Shown here in pieces: positions 61,610 to 64,000 of a stretch of 64,000 nucleotides of DNA (its first letter is position 1; each line of letters starts with the position of its first letter). The notes below the pieces were generated by a model. It searched no databases. It saw only the letters and a list, made by a program, of their open reading frames with translations, and had not been told where the DNA came from. Made by a program: the position numbers and the translations under genes. Origin of the DNA: Pocillopora damicornis (taxonomy: Eukaryota); the NCBI RefSeq assembly GCF_003704095.1, contig NW_020846801.1:434001-498000 (forward strand), in the 5' to 3' direction.

Positions 61610-62893
61610 AGCGACTTTTTTATTAGCGTCCCGTTGCGAACTGACACCCTTGCATAATTAGTTTGGTCTTAAAAAATGCCAATGACATCATCCCGAGGGA
61701 TCATGAATATTCAATGAGGTTTGGAAAGGTGAAGTGAGTTCTCACGTGTACATCTCATTAGCTAAACGCGACACATAAATCATCAGCGTATGTATTTGAG
61801 CCTGTTTGAATAGAATGCAAATGGAGATTTTCTGTTGAAAAAGCAAGCGGTATTTTGATAATTGAAACTTTTCGTTTGAGTGCTCTTGTTACGCCTTCGG
61901 GCACCAAAACGAAATTGTTTACAAGCTCAATCAATCGCACAGCTCAAGCTGTGTTTCTTTGGTTTCCTCTCCATTTGCCTTTCCACTGTCCCACCCTCAT
62001 CATGTCACGTGAGTCCTGCCGATACACTCAACCTTCCTCAGGCCAAGCCGGATCAGCTTGGCTTATTTGTTCCCAAACTTAACTCACCCTGGGGACCAGT
62101 CAATGTTCATCCCCATGGGGGTTGTAGAGTGAAGGATTTTGGGGATCGCATGGTTTTCAAGGTAAAAAGAAAATTGGCAATTGGGAGGAGGGGATAATAA
62201 GAATATTATAGAACCTTAGGAAGATCATCTAAGATCCTCCAACCACCCCCTTCCCCCTCACCTCCCTCCCCCTCAAACCCCTCCCCCTNNNNNNNNNNNN
62301 NNNNNNNNNNNNNNNNNNNNNNNNNNNNNNNNNNNNNNNNNNNNNNNNNNNNNNNNNNNNNNNNNNNNNNNNNNNNNNNNNNNNNNNNCACTTTCCACAA
62401 AAATCGGTGCTCCTTTTAAGCCTAATTTTGGTATCAAACCGACAGATTACGATCCTTTAATAATCTGAAACCTGTAAAAGGTCCTTCTAATGGGGGGAGC
62501 CTCCCCATCTGAGTCATTTAAGGAAATTCCTCACTCCCCCTTCAAGATAAAAGTGAATCGTTTGGCTGCTTCAATAAGTGTTAACGATTACCTTTTACTT
62601 TTGGCCTGAGATGTGAAGGAATACTTTCCTTTGTCTCTCAGGTGGTTGATATTTAGGTGCATCTCCTAATTAACTTATAATATTTAAGCTGAATACGCCG
62701 CATGGCGAGCGAGGGAAAATAGTCGGTTTATCAATTTACTGTTCTGATTGGGCAAGTAAGCTGAGTGGAACCAACATGTTACTTCTATGACGCAGCGCCG
62801 GGTGCGCGATATTTTGCCCCGGGTGCATCCGTTGAAAAGTTTTGTTTTCAGGAAAGTAGGATTGAATTTTCATCACTTTTATCGAGTTAAGTA

Positions 62894-64000
62894 CTGCTCA
62901 CATTGGGAAGAGTTAAGAGTGTGAAAATTTCTTCCTAAGACGCTTCCATCTTGCAAACAGGAACATTAAACATATTAAATTCCACGGCGGGTTCAATAGA
63001 ACGTTTTAATATCTTTACAAGATTTTGCTATGGCGGAATCTCTGAAACAGTACTTAGTATAGCAGGAAATATAAATCAAACTTCAACGAGGATGGGAATC
63101 ATAACAGTGGATATTACCCCAGCTGCATGAGATTTAGAAATATGACTAATGAACAGAAAAAGAGAGATTAACTGTGTGAGATGTGGGTAACCAACGATGT
63201 TCGTTGTGAAATGCTTTTGATCACTATTGAGCTCGCTCTAGATCTGTCAAAATATTTCCTTTCTGCGGCTCATAATTTGGTTAGTGTACAAGTACCATAA
63301 ACTTTAAAGAGCATTTACACTTCTCTGACCAAGAGGAGTCAGTCCAGGCTGACGAAAGCAGCAGCTTTTAGTTACATTTGTCGCTCTACTTATCCAGAAC
63401 AGGCTTTGACAAACAAAGTGAAACATATTTACTTACATTCACATCTTAAACAGTCTTAAAGTCTTTGGAAATCCGAATTTCTGTTCGATCAGAACGAGTG
63501 AACTGCATAAATCTGCTAAGAGCCGTCGTAGGTGTGACAAAAGAACAACTCCACCAATTTGTTTGTCTTTTATCAAAGACATTAACAGATCTCATTACAA
63601 ACGCAGAAAACATTGGAAACTATTGCAATCAACTTATTTCCCTCCTGACTGAACATTTTGTCTTCTTCATAAATGACTCATCAAGGCATATCAGGATTGG
63701 TTTTAAATTTTGAATAACGCATTGCTGGATATTTTCGATTTGGAGTCATGTCATGATTAAATGAACAAGCTGAATAGGTGTTGTGCGTATCAGCCGCAAT
63801 TTACCAAGACATGGCTGTCCCTGAGTTTTCGCTTGAAGGCGGACATTAAGTCTAAAAGCTCCTTAAAAAAACGCGCGGAAGCTTATCGTCAAAGCATGAA
63901 GTAGCCACTTTTACGGAATTAGATAATGCTCAGATTGAGACGAGTTAAGAGTGTGAAAAATTCGTTATAAGACGCTTCCATTTCGCAAACAGGAACACAA
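62894..64000 (+). repeat. ~70-bp direct repeat spaced ~1.03 kb (62894-62966 and 63926-63997)
   Basis: GAGTTAAGAGTGTGAAAA...TAAGACGCTTCCAT..GCAAACAGGAACA in both copies. Confidence 0.75.

Noticed and set aside
63325-63360. Hammerhead candidate with a GTCAG/CTGAC stem and GAAA
   Set aside because: The CUGAnGA box is disrupted and there is no cleavage triplet; noted only as a weak remnant.

Overview
Eukaryotic genomic DNA, AT-rich and intron-rich, with four N-gaps. The repeat families suggest a cnidarian, probably a stony coral (inference). I assembled gene models by hand from GT-AG junctions and reading-frame phase. Left to right: (1) the 5' part of a TPR-led SMYD4-like gene (-); (2) a cryptic multi-exon gene or pseudogene (-, ~7.0-16.9 kb) that the ORF track does not reveal and whose C-terminus resembles CatSper delta/epsilon auxiliary subunits, with a rearranged Penelope-like element in an intron; (3) a head-to-head pair of complete 12-exon AKR7A (aflatoxin B1 aldehyde reductase-like) genes with signs of exon-restricted gene conversion; (4) a second head-to-head paralog pair of uncharacterised low-complexity proteins sharing a ~180-aa C-terminal region I do not recognise, one with an N-terminal Cys cluster and repeated DENGRRVRR motifs; (5) an intronless CCCH zinc-finger gene sharing a ~300-bp bidirectional promoter with SETD6; (6) two tandem secreted Kunitz genes with three different P1 residues and an extra Cys pair; (7) the last seven exons of IFT172. 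Repeats include many TTAA-flanked piggyBac-type MITEs, tRNA-derived SINEs and at least six hammerhead-ribozyme-like motifs, several arranged as outward-facing fold-backs. No CRISPR arrays, rRNA or true tRNA genes were seen. Family assignments come from remembered motifs, not database searches.
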